The translations under genes and the position numbers were made by a program. A DNA stretch of 46,270 nt from the NCBI RefSeq assembly GCF_001194135.2, contig NC_068996.1, positions 52,351,850 through 52,398,119 of the forward strand. Reading direction: 5' to 3'. Under the pieces are notes generated by a model that saw only the letters and a program-made list of their open reading frames with translations, did no database searches and had not been told where the DNA came from. The stretch is from Octopus bimaculoides (lineage: Eukaryota). Positions 45,828 through 46,270 of the stretch are shown piece after piece (the first letter of the stretch is position 1; each line of letters opens with the position of its first letter).

Positions 45828-46270
45828 GTGATGTGTGTGTAAAGTGTTAAGGTGGCTATTTGCAATTTACAACCGAAAGTTAATGAGTATAGTCGTCACT
45901 AAAGTGATGGAGGTGCTAGTAAGCACCAGCATTGCTAGAAATAAGTCAAAACAACTCTTAGCCACGTGAGAGCATTTTTCTAATGACTGACAAAGAGGAC
46001 AGGCTCCATCCCTATGACAAACGAGATGGAGTCATATCACCGATGATTTCAGGTCTAATTAATCTTTATCAGTGACCTATTACTCCATCACTGAGATTTA
46101 AAGTCTTATAGATAACACCATAGGAAACATTGACTGATTCTGAAAATGGTGAAGTGAGAATTATGAATTATTAAGGTTGCTATTCACAATTTACAACCGA
46201 ACAGCAACAAGTATATATATAGTGTGTGTATATATATATATATATATATATCATCATCATCATCATCATC

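Noticed and set aside
43698-46270. AASDH carrier-domain exon (GGDS)
   Set aside because: No such motif with splice sites was found; presumably downstream of the window.

Overview
AT-rich, gapped, repeat-dense animal genomic DNA. The repeat families look like octopus/cephalopod elements (inference; no database available). The window holds nine internal + strand coding exons (8859-43697, 1431 nt = 477 codons, one continuous frame across GT-AG junctions) of an AASDH/ACSF4-type NRPS-like gene. They cover almost the whole adenylation domain, from before motif A2 to the A10 catalytic Lys. The start exon was not found, and the carrier/PQQ exons probably lie beyond the window. The introns are packed with about 20 truncated copies of an RTE LINE with a long modular 3' UTR and (GAT)n tail, three tRNA-derived SINE families, Penelope-like fragments, R4/Dong-like 3' ends, piggyBac-, hAT- and Tc1-type MITEs and a decayed mariner-type transposase. 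Most notable: (i) a minimal, dimer-type hammerhead-ribozyme-like motif at 14608-14644 (-); (ii) a stack of six retroposons separated by five (AAT)n tracts at 27.6-29.4 kb; (iii) a 62-bp minisatellite amplified inside an RTE 3' UTR; (iv) two long inverted repeats, plus young oppositely oriented LINE copies flanking exons, which could form pre-mRNA duplexes. No prokaryotic system, CRISPR array or true tRNA/rRNA gene is supported. Repeat boundaries were read by eye and are approximate.
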